Source of the DNA: Lama glama
Taxonomy: Eukaryota
DNA: 64,000 bases
Assembly (NCBI GenBank): GCA_028534125.1
Contig: CM052817.1
Coordinates: 17,608,001-17,672,000, forward strand
Direction of reading: 5' to 3'
In this document: positions 61,911-64,000 of the stretch, one piece after another
Layout of the letters: every line of letters begins with the position of its first letter
Numbering within the stretch: the stretch's first letter is position 1
Made by a program: the position numbers and the translations under genes
The notes under the pieces: model-generated
The model's database searches: none
Told to the model about the DNA's origin: nothing
What the model saw: the letters and a program-made list of their open reading frames with translations, nothing else

Positions 61911-63641
61911 CGAATTTTAGGGCAGAAAGGATAGAACCACCAAATTTTACTGGACTGCCTCTCCCAACCAGAGATTTGATTAGTCATATTGAGGAAGGCA
62001 ATATGTAAAGACCATGCCTTGTTGTGGACTGGTAAAACCATTTAAAAAGGGAGTCGACCTTTATAAATTAATTTTAAAGGCTTGAAGAAGACATTTTTAG
62101 AAGGACAGATGAAAGCTTCTAATAATTGGTGCTGAACTCACCCTGAAAATATCCCCTCCTTTTCCATTCAGCTGTGCTCTTTTGTGGCCTTGAAGAGCAA
62201 TACTGGTGTAATTTGGAGGTTTTAATAGTCTCTGCATGGAATATGTGGACATGTGGTTGTCACAAGTATTTTCATTCTGGTATTTTTATGGCCTGGGAGA
62301 TTTCAGCTAGCATCCCCACAATGAGAGGACCCGAGCAGACCCTAAAAGCCCAATTATTGTCCCGAGGAAATGGAATGCCCCATAACTCAAAAGGCTGTGA
62401 GAAGCAGCTGTCCCAGGATTCAGGGCAGTACCCCTTCCCCTACTCAGAACCGTGGCGTGGGCCCCCGATTTGAAAGTAGAACATCCTTCCTCTCCTGGCA
62501 GTGTTGCTTGCCTTCAGGGTAAAGCCAGAAGTGGATGGAGAATTTGCCCAGTTGGTAAAAACCACGAAAAATGCGAACCAGGATTTGGTATTTTCACCTA
62601 ATGCCTCCTACTCTGACACAATCTTCTAAATTCCCCGCCAACAGCCAGCCTTCTCTGGGACTGGGGCTGTTCTCGAGGTCAGGCTTGGGTTTGGACCATC
62701 CATATCTCACAGGAGGGTCTGGTCTGGCTCCACAGTTCTGCCCGGGGACAAAGCCTGAGTCTGTGGATCTCTGTCTCACAAGTGTCAGGCATGTAGACGT
62801 GCTCAGGAAATACTCATCACGGAGCAGACCATGCTCAAATGTTTTGGAAAGAGGAAAGAATAAAACAAAACAGCACAGGGCCTTATCACAATGCAGTAAG
62901 ATCATCTGGGTGGAGGCAGTGTTGATTTACCACCAGACCTGCCCAGGGAAAGAAAAGATGCAAGGCCCACTTCAGGGTCTTCCTAGCCCTGTGCAAGCCC
63001 AGAGCCCTGTCTGGGACACAGTTTGTTCAAGTGAGGAGTTGGGTTAGGGGACCCCACGCAATGGCAATCCAGCGCCAGAGCATCCCCCTAGCTGTGGTCT
63101 GCGGCCGCGTGCATCCACAGACTGTCTGCTGCTGATGGGGAAGTAAACGCAGACAGGTTTTCAATGATGTAACCAAGAGAACCGAGCAGATGGCTCAAAC
63201 GACAGAAGGAAAAGTCCATCCCAGAACCATGGCTGCCTGAGGAAATTCTCCCTGAAGCACCCTGATGGGCCTGAGGGCAGGAATGCCTGGTTCTGCTCCC
63301 GTCCAGGCCTCTCTCCCCGCAGAAGGATGCCTGATCCGAAAAGCACTAAGGTGGAAGCACTTCTACCAGCACATGCTAGTGAGCTCAAACATGGCCCCAC
63401 TCTGGGGCCTAAGTGGCCTGCTGGTTCATAAATGACCCTCTGGCCACGCCGTTGCTGCCTGTGCCAGGAGGGCTAACCCCTCAGGGCTGGCCCTTTCCTT
63501 GTGTTTCTGCCATAGCCTCTCCCTTTCCCCACTGGGGTCTTCAGCCCCCTCTCTGCACACAGTAGGCACTCAATACCACCTATTGATTAACCCTTAAAAA
63601 TAAGCCCTGTCAGGATGCTAAGAGCCTGGGAGAGGACGACT

Positions 63642-63664
63642 GGGGTAGGGTGGGGCGGGGAGGG
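63642..63664 (+). promoter_or_regulatory. G-quadruplex-forming motif containing a GC box
   Basis: GGGG-TA-GGG-T-GGGG-C-GGGG-A-GGG; includes GGGGCGGGG. Confidence 0.5.
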
Positions 63665-63849
63665 CACGGAGCCTCCCGGAGCCAAGTGGAGCCAGAGCAC
63701 CGACCAGAAGCAGGCCTCAGCACTGAGGAGAAATTAGCTGGCCTCTCCTGTCCAGAGCCGGCCGCCAGAGAGCCTCAGACCCACGGCTGAGGCCAAGGCC
63801 GAGCCTGGGCCCCTTACAGGGCTAACCTCCAACTCCCAGATTCCAAGCA

Positions 63850-64000
63850 TTTTTTTTTTTGTATGTATGTTTTTATTGAAGTATAGTCAGTTTACAATGT
63901 GTCAGTTTCTGGTGTACAGGACAGTGCTTCACTCATACATGAACATGCATGTATTTGTTTTCATATTCTTTTCACCGTAAGTTCCTACAAGATATTGAAT
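63850..64000 (-). mobile_element. Young L1 3' end, continuing beyond the window
   Basis: T tail, then 'ttttattgaagtatagtcagtttacaatgtgtcagtttctggtgtaca...ttcatattcttttca'. Confidence 0.9.

Noticed and set aside
1-64000. Inferring a + strand host gene from the antisense bias of young SINE/L1 insertions
   Set aside because: SINEs are all minus, but L1 and LTR orientations are mixed and counts are too small.
1-64000. CRISPR arrays, operons, rRNA, NUMT or prokaryotic systems
   Set aside because: No regularly spaced repeats, gene-dense ORFs or mitochondrial/rRNA-like sequence seen; content is mammalian repeat-rich DNA.

Overview
Mammalian genomic DNA, probably from a camelid (alpaca, llama or camel). 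This is inferred from four tRNA-Ala-derived vic-1-type SINEs, cetartiodactyl-type L1 3' ends and the absence of Alu/Bov-tA/CanSINE. I recognise no protein-coding exon or intact gene; the window reads as intergenic or deep-intronic. It is dominated by old repeats (MIR, L2, L3/CR1, MLT1, hAT MER elements) with younger lineage-specific L1 and SINE insertions, and it has two assembly gaps. The most notable items are: (1) a degraded, 5'-truncated class I ERV (RNase H-integrase, env TM only, PPT, complete 508-bp 3' LTR) whose LTR keeps a CpG-island-like core with NRF1, YY1 and GC-box motifs, a candidate exapted promoter; (2) a TSD-flanked U6 snRNA-L1 chimeric retrocopy lacking a 21-nt stretch that includes the ACAGAGA box; (3) a ~200-bp direct-repeat-flanked insert ending in AATAAA that looks like a retroposed mRNA 3' end; (4) several motif-dense unique blocks that may be enhancers. 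I cannot support a wholly novel biological system here. Repeat family names come from recalled consensus sequences, not a database search, and old-repeat boundaries are approximate. Many further MIR and L2 fragments are not listed individually.
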